Origin: a bacterium | GTDB taxonomy: Bacteria > Joyebacterota > Joyebacteria > Joyebacterales > Joyebacteraceae | DNA: 57,734 nucleotides | NCBI GenBank assembly: GCA_025774545.1 | Contig: JALGVU010000002.1 | Location: 1-57,734 of the forward strand | Reading direction: 5' to 3' | Shown here: positions 9,855 to 19,400 of the stretch, piece after piece | Layout of the letters: each line of letters starts with the position of its first letter | Position numbering within the stretch: position 1 is the stretch's first letter | Made by a program: the position numbers and the translations under genes | Notes under the pieces: model-generated | What the model saw: only the letters and a program-made list of their open reading frames with translations | Database searches by the model: none | Told to the model about the DNA's origin: nothing

Positions 9855-10544
9855 TCACCCGTCGATCTTCCTCACCCACGCGTCCTTCCAGAAGAAGTAG
9901 CAGCTCCTGTCGCAGCTCTCGCGACCGTAGATGCCCTTCCCCTCACAGATGACGCCTTCGAGAAGGATGACGTTGCGCACCTTCCGCATCTGGTGCGCGT
10001 GCTCGTCGAGGATGTAGCGAACCAGCTTGAAGACACGGAACGTCTTCCCGCAGAACTCGAGCATGGGATCGAGGAACTTGAGGCCTTTGAGCTTCCCGTC
10101 CTCGTCGAGCGTCCTCTCGATCTCCTCACGGGAGAGGACGACCACGAGGTCACCCGCCTTGAGCTTCCCTCTCCGCCGTCCCGGCGTGGTGCTCCCGACC
10201 GCAGACGGCGCCGCCGCGTCGGCGGGCGCTTCGGACTCGTCCCCGTCCGTCGACGCCTCGAGGGCCAGGTCGCTGCCGGGGCTCGACGGATCGCCCCACT
10301 GGAGAGTCTCGGCCTGCGCGCGACCGCGGACCTTGGGGGACGGCGGCTCTTCGCCGCGCATGAGGCACAGGAGCACGCGAAACCTCCGCCTGAGGCCGCG
10401 GGCCTTCTGCATGGCGTAGCGACACGACTTCTCGAAGGAGTTCAGCGGCAGGAGCGCGTCGTCGAGCCAGCGGAGCTGGCAGAGCTTCAGGGTGTGCTCG
10501 GGAAGCACGTTCGCATCGTGCTCCGATGGGGACATGGTGTTCAC
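9855..10544 (-). CDS. Hypothetical protein (229 aa): structured N-terminus, Ala/Pro/acidic low-complexity linker, Cys-containing C-terminal domain
   Basis: GGAGGA-N6-GTG at 10544, with its own promoter. The competing frames are Arg-rich shadow ORFs. The C-terminal ~95 aa (DLVVVLSREEIERTLDEDGKLKGLKFLDPMLEFCGKTFRV...EGVICEGKGIYGRESCDRSCYFFWKDAWVRKI) looks like a conserved uncharacterised domain I cannot name. Confidence 0.65.
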   Translation of the reverse strand: MNTMSPSEHDANVLPEHTLKLCQLRWLDDALLPLNSFEKSCRYAMQKARGLRRRFRVLLCLMRGEEPPSPKVRGRAQAETLQWGDPSSPGSDLALEASTDGDESEAPADAAAPSAVGSTTPGRRRGKLKAGDLVVVLSREEIERTLDEDGKLKGLKFLDPMLEFCGKTFRVFKLVRYILDEHAHQMRKVRNVILLEGVICEGKGIYGRESCDRSCYFFWKDAWVRKIDG

Positions 10545-10592
10545 GGCGGATCCTCCACGACGGTGGCTCGTCGTCGAACGGTCGATGCTGCC

Positions 10593-10621
10593 ATCCTAAC
10601 CCGAGACCGGGCATGCGTCAA
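10593..10621 (-). promoter_or_regulatory. Sigma70-type promoter of the orphan 229-aa gene
   Basis: Minus strand reads TTGACG (10621-10616), N17, TAGGAT (10598-10593), about 50 nt upstream of the GTG at 10544 and just downstream of the gatB stop. Confidence 0.5.
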
Positions 10622-10673
10622 CGGGTGGCCGCGGGGAACGCTGCAACCGACGCCGCCTGCGCCTCGGGACGAC

Positions 10674-12263
10674 TCACCGGTCCTCGAGAGAGGCCTCGAG
10701 AATCGCCCGAGCGACCTCGGGATCGGCCTTGCCGTTCGTCGCCTTCATGACGAGACCCATGAAATGACCCAAGAGCTTCCCCTCACCCGACCGATAGCGG
10801 GCGACCTCGCCGGGATGCTCCTCGAGCACCGCGCCGACGACCTCTCCGAGCGTCCCCTCGTCGGAGACCTGCGCGAGATCCAGCCTCTCGATGAGCGCGT
10901 CGATCGCATCCTCGGACTCGACGGCCGCCTCGAACAGCCGCTTCGCGGCCGGCTCGTTCAGCGTCCCGTCGAGACGCGACAGGATCACCCGCGCGAGCCT
11001 CGAGGGCGGCATCGCGGCCCCCGCGAGATCGCGGAGCGCGATGCCATCGGCGGCGTTCAGCCAGGCCGCGAGCTTCCCCACGACCCAGTTGGCCGCGGTC
11101 TTCGAGATCTCCCCGCGCGCGCCGGCCTCGCCGGGCAGCGGCAGGAGACGGAAGTCGACGCGCGCAGACGGCGGCCCGAGGACGTCGGCAGACGGCGCGA
11201 GGACTCTGCCTGCCGAGGCGAGATCGAGTTCCGGGCGGAGGAGCCGCACCAGCTCGCGCACCGTCGCCTCGTAGTAGAGCGCCGTGTCGAGCTCCGCCGT
11301 CAGCACGTCCGCGTCGCAGCGCGCGAGTCCGTACTCGTCGACGAAGCGATCGCGCATGGCGTCCGGAAGCTCCGGCATCGCCCCTCGCAGCCGCTCGAGG
11401 CGCTCCCGATCGATCACGACGTCGACCAGATCCGGTTCCGGGAAGTAGCGGTAGTCCGACGCGATCTCCTTCGACCGCATCGGGATCGCCCGATCACCGT
11501 CCTCGTCCCACAGGAGGGTCTCGTGGACGACCTCTCCACCGGACGCGAGGACGCGCGCCTGCCGCTCGATCTCGAACGCGAGCGCGCGGCGCACGGCCCG
11601 GAACGAGTTCATGTTCTTGATCTCGGTCGCCGTCCCGAGCGCCTCCTCGCCTGCAGGACGGAGCGACACGTTCGTGTCGAACCTGAGACTCCCCTCGTGC
11701 ATGCGCCCCGTCGCGACGCCCAGGAAGACGAGGATCCTCCTGAGCTTCGTGAGAAGGGCGTCGGCCGTGTCAATGCTCCGCACGTCGGGCCGCGTCACGA
11801 TCTCGACGAGCGGCACGCCGCATCGGTTCATGTCGACGAGGCTCGCCCCCTCCCCGGCGGTCGCGGCGTGGATCGTCTTGCCGGCGTCCTCCTCGATGTG
11901 GATCTGGCGGATGCCGACGCGCGTCGTGGCGCCGTCGATCTCGAGGTCGACGTGCCCGCCCGTCGCGAGCGGCTCGGCGAACTGGGTGATCTGATACCCC
12001 TTCGGGAGATCCGGGTAGAAGTAGTTCTTCCTGGCAAATCCCATCCGGCCGGCGACGTCGGCGTCGAGGGCGAGGGCCACGAGGATTCCGAGGTCGACCG
12101 CACGTTCGTTCAGGACGGGCAGCACGCCCGGCATCCCGAGACAGACGGGACAGACGCGTGTGTTCGGAGGACCGCCGGGCTCGTTCGCAGACGAGCAGAA
12201 GATCTTCGACCTCGTCGTGAGCTGGGCGTGCACCTCGAAGCCGATGACGGGCTCGAATTCCAA
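10674..12263 (-). CDS. gatB: Asp/Glu-tRNA(Asn/Gln) amidotransferase subunit B
   Basis: GAGGAG-N5-TTG start at 12263. EFEPVIGFEVHAQL..., CPVCLGMPGVLPVLN, YFYPDLPKGYQITQ and a C-terminal YqeY-like tail are present. The long ORF 10674..13823 is an out-of-context upstream extension into gatA. Confidence 0.9.
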   Translation of the reverse strand: MEFEPVIGFEVHAQLTTRSKIFCSSANEPGGPPNTRVCPVCLGMPGVLPVLNERAVDLGILVALALDADVAGRMGFARKNYFYPDLPKGYQITQFAEPLATGGHVDLEIDGATTRVGIRQIHIEEDAGKTIHAATAGEGASLVDMNRCGVPLVEIVTRPDVRSIDTADALLTKLRRILVFLGVATGRMHEGSLRFDTNVSLRPAGEEALGTATEIKNMNSFRAVRRALAFEIERQARVLASGGEVVHETLLWDEDGDRAIPMRSKEIASDYRYFPEPDLVDVVIDRERLERLRGAMPELPDAMRDRFVDEYGLARCDADVLTAELDTALYYEATVRELVRLLRPELDLASAGRVLAPSADVLGPPSARVDFRLLPLPGEAGARGEISKTAANWVVGKLAAWLNAADGIALRDLAGAAMPPSRLARVILSRLDGTLNEPAAKRLFEAAVESEDAIDALIERLDLAQVSDEGTLGEVVGAVLEEHPGEVARYRSGEGKLLGHFMGLVMKATNGKADPEVARAILEASLEDR

Positions 12264-12328
12264 AGGGTCTCCTCGCTTCCCGCTCGGGCGCCGCGCGCCC
12301 CAGAGCTCCCCGACCGGACGCGCGGATC

Positions 12329-13792
12329 CTAGAACTCCGGGATGAGACGCGGAAGCCCGACGGCCCTCTCGAAGGCCCGGGCGATTCGGAACATGTCGCG
12401 CTCGCGGAACGCGTCGACCGTGATCTGAAGGCCGATCGGCAAGCCCTGGGCGCTCAAGCCGCACGGGAGCGACATCGCGGCCACGCCCGCCAGGTTCGCC
12501 TGGGTCGTGTAGACGTCGGAGAGGTACATGGCGAGCGGATCGTCGATGCGCTCGCCGAGCCGAAAGGCGGTCGTCGGCGACGTCGGAGTGACGATCGCGT
12601 CGACCTCGCCGAACGCGCGTGCGTAGTCGCGCGCGATGAGCGTTCGCACGCGCTGCGCGCGGACGTAGTACTCGTCGCGGTACCCGGCCGAGAGCGCGAA
12701 CGTCCCGAGCATGATCCTCCGCCGGACCTCCGACCCGAACCCGCCGCTCCTCGTCGCCGAGTAGGAGTCGACGAGATCCCCCTCTACCGGAGCTCGGCGG
12801 CCGTACTTCATCCCGTCGTACCGCGCGAGGTTCGACGACGCCTCCGCGTCGGCCACGAGGTAGTAGGTCGCGATGCCGTGCCCCGTGTGCGGGAGCGACA
12901 CCGATCTGACGAGGGCGCCCTCGCGCTTCAGGAGGTCGACGGCCGAGAGCACCGCCTCGCCGACCTCCGCGTCGAGCCCCGCACCGAAGCACTCCGCAGG
13001 CAAACCGATCGTGACGCCTCGGGCCCCCTCGTCGAGCGCCGACGCGAAATCGGGAACCGCCAGGGCGGCGGTCGTCGAGTCGCGAGGATCGGGTCCGGCG
13101 ACGGCCGAGAGCAGGGCCGCCGCTCCCTCGACGTCCGCGGCGATCGGCCCGATCTGATCGAGCGACGAGGCGAAGGCGATGAGACCGTACCGGGAGACGC
13201 GCCCGTAGGTCGGCTTCACGCCGACGACCCCACAGAAGCCCGCCGGCTGCCGGACCGATCCGCCGGTGTCGGATCCGAGCGAGAGAACCGCCTCCCCCGC
13301 CGCGACGGCCGCGGCCGATCCACCGCTCGACCCGCCGGGGACGCGCGAGAGGTCGTGCGGGTTCCTCGTCGGGCCGAACGCGGAATTCTCGCTCGAGGAT
13401 CCCATCGCGAACTCGTCCAGGTTCGTCTTCCCCACGATCACCGCGTGGGCGCCCCTCAGCCGCTCGACGGCCGTCGCGTCGTACGGCGGCACGAAGCCCT
13501 CGAGGATCCTCGATCCCGCCGTCGTGACGAGCCCCCTCGTGACGATGTTGTCCTTGATCGCGACGGGAACGCCCGCGAGCGGCCCCGCGGCCCCACCTGT
13601 GTCCCGCGCGCGGTCGGCGCTCGCGGCGTCGGCCAGGACCTCGTCTCGCCCTCGCACGCGCAGATACGCGCGGACGCTCGGCTCGACCGACTCGATGCGA
13701 TCGAGCACGGCGGCGGCCAGCTCGCGGGCGGAGAACTCTCGCGCGGAGAGCCCTTTTCTCACCTCGGTGTATGTCAGTTCGTGGAGTCTCAA
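12329..13792 (-). CDS. gatA: Glu-tRNA(Gln) amidotransferase subunit A
   Basis: 487-aa ORF with the amidase signature GGSSGGSAAAVAAG and a full-length GatA-like sequence. Confidence 0.95.
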   Translation of the reverse strand: MRLHELTYTEVRKGLSAREFSARELAAAVLDRIESVEPSVRAYLRVRGRDEVLADAASADRARDTGGAAGPLAGVPVAIKDNIVTRGLVTTAGSRILEGFVPPYDATAVERLRGAHAVIVGKTNLDEFAMGSSSENSAFGPTRNPHDLSRVPGGSSGGSAAAVAAGEAVLSLGSDTGGSVRQPAGFCGVVGVKPTYGRVSRYGLIAFASSLDQIGPIAADVEGAAALLSAVAGPDPRDSTTAALAVPDFASALDEGARGVTIGLPAECFGAGLDAEVGEAVLSAVDLLKREGALVRSVSLPHTGHGIATYYLVADAEASSNLARYDGMKYGRRAPVEGDLVDSYSATRSGGFGSEVRRRIMLGTFALSAGYRDEYYVRAQRVRTLIARDYARAFGEVDAIVTPTSPTTAFRLGERIDDPLAMYLSDVYTTQANLAGVAAMSLPCGLSAQGLPIGLQITVDAFRERDMFRIARAFERAVGLPRLIPEF

Positions 13793-13838
13793 AGCGTAAG
13801 GTCGAGCGCGGCCGGGCCTTCACCGCGCCACAGCGGGC

Positions 13839-14132
13839 CTAGCTCTCGGGAAGGAAACCGGGCACGCGGAAGAACCCGCCGTCCTGGTCGGGCGCGTTCG
13901 CGAGCGCGTCCTCCTGCGAGAGCGCTTCACCGATCTCGTCCTCCCGGAGGACGTTCGTCCGCCGGAGGATCCGGTACGCCGGCTCGACTCCCTCGACACG
14001 GATCTCACGGAGCCGCTCGAAGTGCGCGAGGATGGCGTTCATCTCGCTCGTGAACCCCTCGAGCTCCTCGTCCGAGAAGGCGAGCCTCGCCAGCGTCGCG
14101 ACGTGCCTCACGTCGTCGATGGTGACGGGCAT
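13839..14132 (-). CDS. gatC: Glu-tRNA(Gln) amidotransferase subunit C
   Basis: 97 aa beginning MPVTIDDVRHVATLARLAFSDEELEGF..., with a GGAGGAG RBS. It lies directly upstream of gatA. Confidence 0.95.
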   Translation of the reverse strand: MPVTIDDVRHVATLARLAFSDEELEGFTSEMNAILAHFERLREIRVEGVEPAYRILRRTNVLREDEIGEALSQEDALANAPDQDGGFFRVPGFLPES

Positions 14133-14183
14133 CGGGCTCCTCCGATTCTAGAGGGTGGGTCGGACCGGCTCGCCCCGGAGGAC

Positions 14184-16370
14184 TCAGTCCGGGACGATCG
14201 TGAGCTTCGCGTACCTTACCATGATCCGCTTCTCGGTGTCATCGCCGAAGCGAACGCGGACGATCGTGTCGGCGCCAAGACCTGAGACGTCGAGCACCAC
14301 GCCCTCCCCCCAGCTCGGATGGACCACGCGGGTCCCCGGTCCCAGCTCGGAGCGCTCCTGCGAGTAGTTCTCGTAGTCCGGGAAGACGCTCCGTCTCCGG
14401 TCCGCGGGCCGGGAGACGGCGGCGGGACGGCGGGACGGTCCTCTCCCGAAGCTGATCGACGTGACCTCGAGGTGCTCGGGCGCGATCTCGTCCGCGAAGC
14501 GCGAGAGCACGCGCGTGTCCATCACGCCACCCCGCCTCCGGGTGTCGGCCGAGATGAGCGTGAGCTGATCCATCGCGCGGGTCATCCCGACGTAGAACAG
14601 GCGCCGTTCCTCCTCCAGCTCCTCGTCGTTCTGGAAGGCCGACTCGTGCGGCAGGAGGCCGTCCTCGAGACCCGGGATCAACACGGCCCGGAACTCGAGG
14701 CCCTTGGCGTTGTGAAGCGTCATGAGGGAGACGGCGTTCGCGCGATCCTGCCAGAGATCGATGTTCGCCACGAGCGAGACCTGCTCCAGGAAGGCCGCGA
14801 GGCTCTCCTCCCCGCTCGCTTCGGCGAACTCGCCGGCCGCCGAGAGGAGCTCCTCGACGTTCGCGAGACGCTGAGCGGCCTCCTCGGTCGCCTGCCGCTC
14901 GAGCCAGGCGACGTACCCCGAGTCCGCGAGCACCTCCTGAATGATCGAGTCGCACCGGGCCGTCTCGACCTTCGATCGAAGCCCCGCGAACATCACGGCG
15001 AGCGACTCGGCGGCCGTGGCCGCGGCGGCGGGCAGGCCGTCGACGTCCGACGCTCGGGCGAGCGTTTCGACGAGCGAGCACCCCTGGGCCCCGGCCGCGT
15101 CGGTGAGACGCGTGAGGCTCTTCTGGCCTATCTTCCGCGGGGGAACGTTCACGATCCTCGCCAGGCTCACCGCGTCCGCGGGGTTCGTGATCACACGGAG
15201 GTACGCGAGGATGTCCTTCACCTCGGCCCGCTCGTAGAAGCGAACCCCCCCGATGATGTCGTAGGGAACGCCCGCCCGCCTCAGACTGTCCTCGATCACG
15301 CGCGACTGGGCGTGCGTTCGGTAGAGCACGGCGAAGTCGTGGTAGTCGATCTCCGCATCGGCCGTCCGCGAGAGCACGACGTCGCGGATGACGTCGGCCT
15401 CCTGGTACTCGTTGCCGGTGCGCACGAGCTCGACCGCCGCGCCGTCGGGGCGCTCGGTCCAGAGCTTCTTCTCCTTGCGCTTGCGGTTCCTCACGACGAC
15501 GTCGTGCGCCGCGGCGAGGATGTTCTTCGTCGAGCGATAGTTCTGGTCGAGCGTGAGAACCTTCGCGTCGGGGTGATCGCCCTCGAAGTCGAGGATGTTG
15601 CTGATGTCCGCGCCACGCCAGCCGTAGATCGACTGGTCGTCGTCACCGACGACGCAGATGTTCCGGTGGTGGCCGGAGAGCAGGTTGACGAGCGCGTACT
15701 GGGCGTGGCTCGTGTCCTGATACTCATCGACGAGCACGTGCTCGAATCGCGTCGAGTACGCCTCGAGCACGGGAGGGTTCGAGCGGAGGAGCTCGACGGC
15801 GCGCATGATGAGATCGTCGAAGTCGAGCGCGTTGTTCGTCACGAGCCCCCTCTCGTACGCCGCGTAGACCTTCGCGACGCACTCCTCGTAGTAGCCTCCC
15901 GCCTCCTGCGCGCAGAGGTCCGCGTTCTTGAGCTTGTCCTTGGCGCGGGAGATCGCGCCCTTGATCGACTTCGGCGTGAAGACAGACGCGGAGACCCCGG
16001 CCTTCTCCATCGACTCCTTGATGAGAGCGATCTGATCGGTCTCGTCGTAGATCGAGAACCCGGGGGTCCACCACCCCCATCGCGCCTCGGCGCGGAGGAT
16101 GCGGGCGCACATGGAGTGGAACGTGCCGATCCACGCGAGCCCCGAATCGCCGCCGATGAGCGTAGCGATCCGCCTCTTCATCTCGTCGGCGGCCTTGTTG
16201 GTGAAGGTGACCGCGAAGATCCTGCGTGGGCTCACCCCGCGCTCGGAGATGAGCCTCGCGATGCGGTAGGTGAGGACGCGGGTCTTCCCGCTTCCGGCGC
16301 CGGCCAGCACCAAGAGCGGCCCGTCGCCGTGACGGACCGCCTCGAGCTGCGCGGGGTTCAAGTCCCTCAT
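14184..16370 (-). CDS. pcrA: ATP-dependent DNA helicase, UvrD/PcrA family
   Basis: LNPAQLEAV...LVLAGAGSGKT Walker A, VDEYQDT, and UvrD-type C-terminal motifs. I chose the ATG at 16370 (MRDLNPAQ); the ORF track starts 30 codons earlier at a GTG. Confidence 0.9.
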   Translation of the reverse strand: MRDLNPAQLEAVRHGDGPLLVLAGAGSGKTRVLTYRIARLISERGVSPRRIFAVTFTNKAADEMKRRIATLIGGDSGLAWIGTFHSMCARILRAEARWGWWTPGFSIYDETDQIALIKESMEKAGVSASVFTPKSIKGAISRAKDKLKNADLCAQEAGGYYEECVAKVYAAYERGLVTNNALDFDDLIMRAVELLRSNPPVLEAYSTRFEHVLVDEYQDTSHAQYALVNLLSGHHRNICVVGDDDQSIYGWRGADISNILDFEGDHPDAKVLTLDQNYRSTKNILAAAHDVVVRNRKRKEKKLWTERPDGAAVELVRTGNEYQEADVIRDVVLSRTADAEIDYHDFAVLYRTHAQSRVIEDSLRRAGVPYDIIGGVRFYERAEVKDILAYLRVITNPADAVSLARIVNVPPRKIGQKSLTRLTDAAGAQGCSLVETLARASDVDGLPAAAATAAESLAVMFAGLRSKVETARCDSIIQEVLADSGYVAWLERQATEEAAQRLANVEELLSAAGEFAEASGEESLAAFLEQVSLVANIDLWQDRANAVSLMTLHNAKGLEFRAVLIPGLEDGLLPHESAFQNDEELEEERRLFYVGMTRAMDQLTLISADTRRRGGVMDTRVLSRFADEIAPEHLEVTSISFGRGPSRRPAAVSRPADRRRSVFPDYENYSQERSELGPGTRVVHPSWGEGVVLDVSGLGADTIVRVRFGDDTEKRIMVRYAKLTIVPD

Positions 16371-16446
16371 GAGATCGGTCTTCAGGCCGTGACCTCCAGA
16401 CGCGCGCTCCGTCGAAGCGTGAACGGCGGGAGCGCGAGGGGTGGTT

Positions 16447-19400
16447 CTAGAACTCGGCACCGAGGGCGAAGTGAACCTCGACGTCGCCCGACGTTCTGAG
16501 GTCGGTGGGCCAAGCCCAGTCGAGGCGGAGCACCATGAAGGAGAGGTTCGACCTGATCCCGAACCCGTAGCCGGCCTTGATGTCGTTCAGGCGCGCGTGG
16601 TCGGCGCGCACGACGCCGCGGAAGTCCTCGTCCCAGACGGCGCCCACGTCGAGGAACGCGACGCCCCTGAGCCCCCACAGGGTCAGGGGGATCGGCGAGG
16701 CGATGTCGAGGTAGTCGATGAAGGGATAGCGGAACTCGAGGTTCACGAGCCCGAGGTTGTGCCCGCGGAACTGGAAGTCGTCGTGGCCCCGCAGTCCGTT
16801 CACGCCTCCCATGTAGAAGTTCTGAGCGTCGTCCGACGAACTCCGCGCCGCGACGACCTTGATGGCGAAGGTGTGGCGCGACCCGAGCCGCAGGTACCGG
16901 CGGACGTCCGCGATCGCCGTCAGGTAGTCGAAGTCGCCGTCCGGGGACCACGCCTTCGAGAGCACGATCGACGAGCGCCCTCCGCCGACCGGTCCCACGG
17001 ATCCCCAGAGCGTCGTGTCGGAGACGAACCGAACGCTCGGAATGAGGAGCGATCTCTTCAGGCTCTCGTCCGTGAACTCGACGGTCCCGGCGTCGGTCTC
17101 CTCCGCGAACTGGCGGTCGACGGACAGGACCGAGAAGTCGAACTCGACGCGGCGGAACATGCTGAACGGATACGCCACGCCGCCGGACAGACCGTAGCTT
17201 CTCTCGCTGAAGTAGCGCTTCTCGCCGAGGTCCTCGCCGAGACGGGTCCGATCCGAGTAGTAGTACTCCTTGAAGTTGTAGACGCCGAAGGAGTAGTTGG
17301 CGCGGCTTGCGAGGTGCTCGTAGAGCACGTAGAAGTTGCTCGCCTCGACGCTCGAGACAAGATCGGACGCCAGGTAGAAGCGGTGGTTCCCGAGCACATC
17401 GCTGATGGCCACCGACAGGGCCGCCGTGAATCCGTACGACGACGTGTAGCCGAGCCCGCCGCTCACCCAGTCGGGGGTGAACTTCGGGCGGTACGGTTCG
17501 ATCGTTCCCGGCTCCCGCCCATCGGTGAACTCATCGTCGTGCCCCGGCACTCCGGACGCGCCGCGGTACGCGTCGCGCGCCTTCCGAACCGTGTCCCCGT
17601 CGGGTGCGTCCTCCTCGTCGGACGCGCTCCCGTGGTCGAGCTCAAGCTCGACCGCGTCTTCCTCCGCGGAGCCGGGGACGCCCGCGGCAACCAGATCGTC
17701 ACCCGGCGTCTCGTCGGGCGCGATCGCAGAGCCCGCGCCGGTCGCGCTCGCCGAATCCGCGCCGGCAGCGATCGACAGGGCCGCACCCGCGGCCGCCGCC
17801 GAATCCGCAACGGCAGCGATCGACAGGGCCGCACCCGCGGCCGCCGCCGAGTCCGCGCCGGCAGCGATCGACAGGTCCGCACCCGCGGCCGCGGCCGAAT
17901 CCGCGCCGGCAGCGATCGACAGGGCCGCACCCGCGGCCGCCGCCGAATCCGCACCGGCGGCGATCGACAGGTCCGCACCCGCGGCCGCCGCCGAATCCGC
18001 AACGGCAGCGGCGAGATCGACCCCACTGGGCTCCACCTCGCTCCGGCGCGCGATCGTCGGCCGCCAGCCGGACGACGCGAGCCGCTCCTCGAAACGCTCG
18101 AGCGGATGCTTGACGACCGCGATGTCGTGCCCCCCCTCGCCGAAGTGTGAGAAGGCCAACCAGTCCCCGGTGCGAGCCCAGCTCGGCGCCTTCGCGCCAC
18201 CGATGAGCTTCGTCGCCTGCGCGGTCACGGAGTCGGCGAGGTCGGCGATGTAGAGGTCCATCGTGCCGTTCTCGTCGGACGCGTACGCGATCCTGTCGCC
18301 GTCGGGCGACCATGTCGGGGACTCCTCCGTGCCGGGCCTGGCCACGAGCGTCTCGACCTCGCGCGTCGCGACGTCGACGACGTAGAGATCGTAGTCGCGA
18401 TGGAAGCCCCTCTCCTCTGGGGAATCGCGGTCCGAGGCGAAGGCGACGCGGGCGCCGTCGGGGGACCACTCGGGATCGCGCTCGTCGAAGAAGTCGTCCG
18501 TGAGCTGAATCGGGTCCGAGCCGTTCGGGTCGGTGACGTACAGATCGGTGGCACCGCGTAGAGTGCCGACGAAGACGATCCGCTCCCCGTCGGGGGACCA
18601 GGAAGGGGTGAAGATGCCATCGAGGGGGAACCGGAAGCTCCTGGCGAGCCGCCCGCTCTCGACGTCGATGAAGTGCAGGGCGTCGCTCTCGCCGGCCTTC
18701 GCGACGAAGCAGATCTCCTTCCCGTCGGGCGACCACGTGAAGCCCGTCCTCAGGATGTGCATCGTCTCGAAGTCGTCCGACTGCTGACCGCTCACGAGCC
18801 GATCGATGATCGCCCCGTCGAGCGTCGAGGCCAGGTAGACGTCGGCGAGCCCCGTCCGATCCGACACGAAAACCACGCTCTTGCCGTCGGGCGAGATCTC
18901 AGGCCCGATGTTGAAGTACGAGCCGTCCTTGCGGTGGTTCGTGATGAGCTTCGCGATCTCGGCTCCGCGGTCACGATCGGTCACCTCGGGCCAGTACTTC
19001 TCCTTCAGCCACCTGTCCCACTCGTCGTGAAGCTCGGGCGTCAGGAGGCCGAGCGACTCCTTGAGCGCTCGGTCGAGGTTGTGCGTCTTGGCGATCGCCC
19101 GGACGATCTCGCGGATCTTCTCCTCGCCGTATCGCTCCGCGACGAAGTTCAGAACGGACTGGCCTTCCTTGTAGACGAGATAGCCGCCGTAGAGATGCTG
19201 CAGAGGCACGACGATGTCGGAGACGGTCAGATCGCGCAGGATCATCTCCGCCTCCGGGTCCCACCCCTGGGAGACGTACTCCGCGAGTCCCTCGACGAAC
19301 CAGAGCGGCACGGGATTCGTGTAGGCCTGTCGCACGACCGACTCGACGAGGCCGCCGTAGACGATGTCGAACATGAAGACGTGGGTCAGCTCGTGGTAGA

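Noticed and set aside
11105-11260. Extra segment of ~45-50 aa in GatB (…LLRPELDLASAGRVLAPSADVLGPPSARVDFRLLPLPGEAGARGE…), considered as a possible pair of compensating frameshifts
   Set aside because: I translated the other two minus frames over this stretch. Both give Arg/Pro/Ser-rich nonsense with nothing GatB-like. It is therefore best read as a lineage-specific insertion between the helical and YqeY-like domains, of low significance.
9762-12332. 856-aa plus ORF, and the 1,049-aa minus ORF 10674..13823
   Set aside because: The plus ORF is antisense to the orphan gene and gatB. The long minus ORF is the gatB frame running upstream through gatA in a wrong frame (Arg-rich). A TTG start with a GAGGAG RBS at 12263 fits the GatB N-terminus.
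17750-18010. Regularly spaced repeats, considered as a possible CRISPR array
   Set aside because: The repeats are contiguous, with 48-nt units and no unique spacers. They are in-frame inside a CDS, and there are no cas genes. This is a coding tandem repeat.
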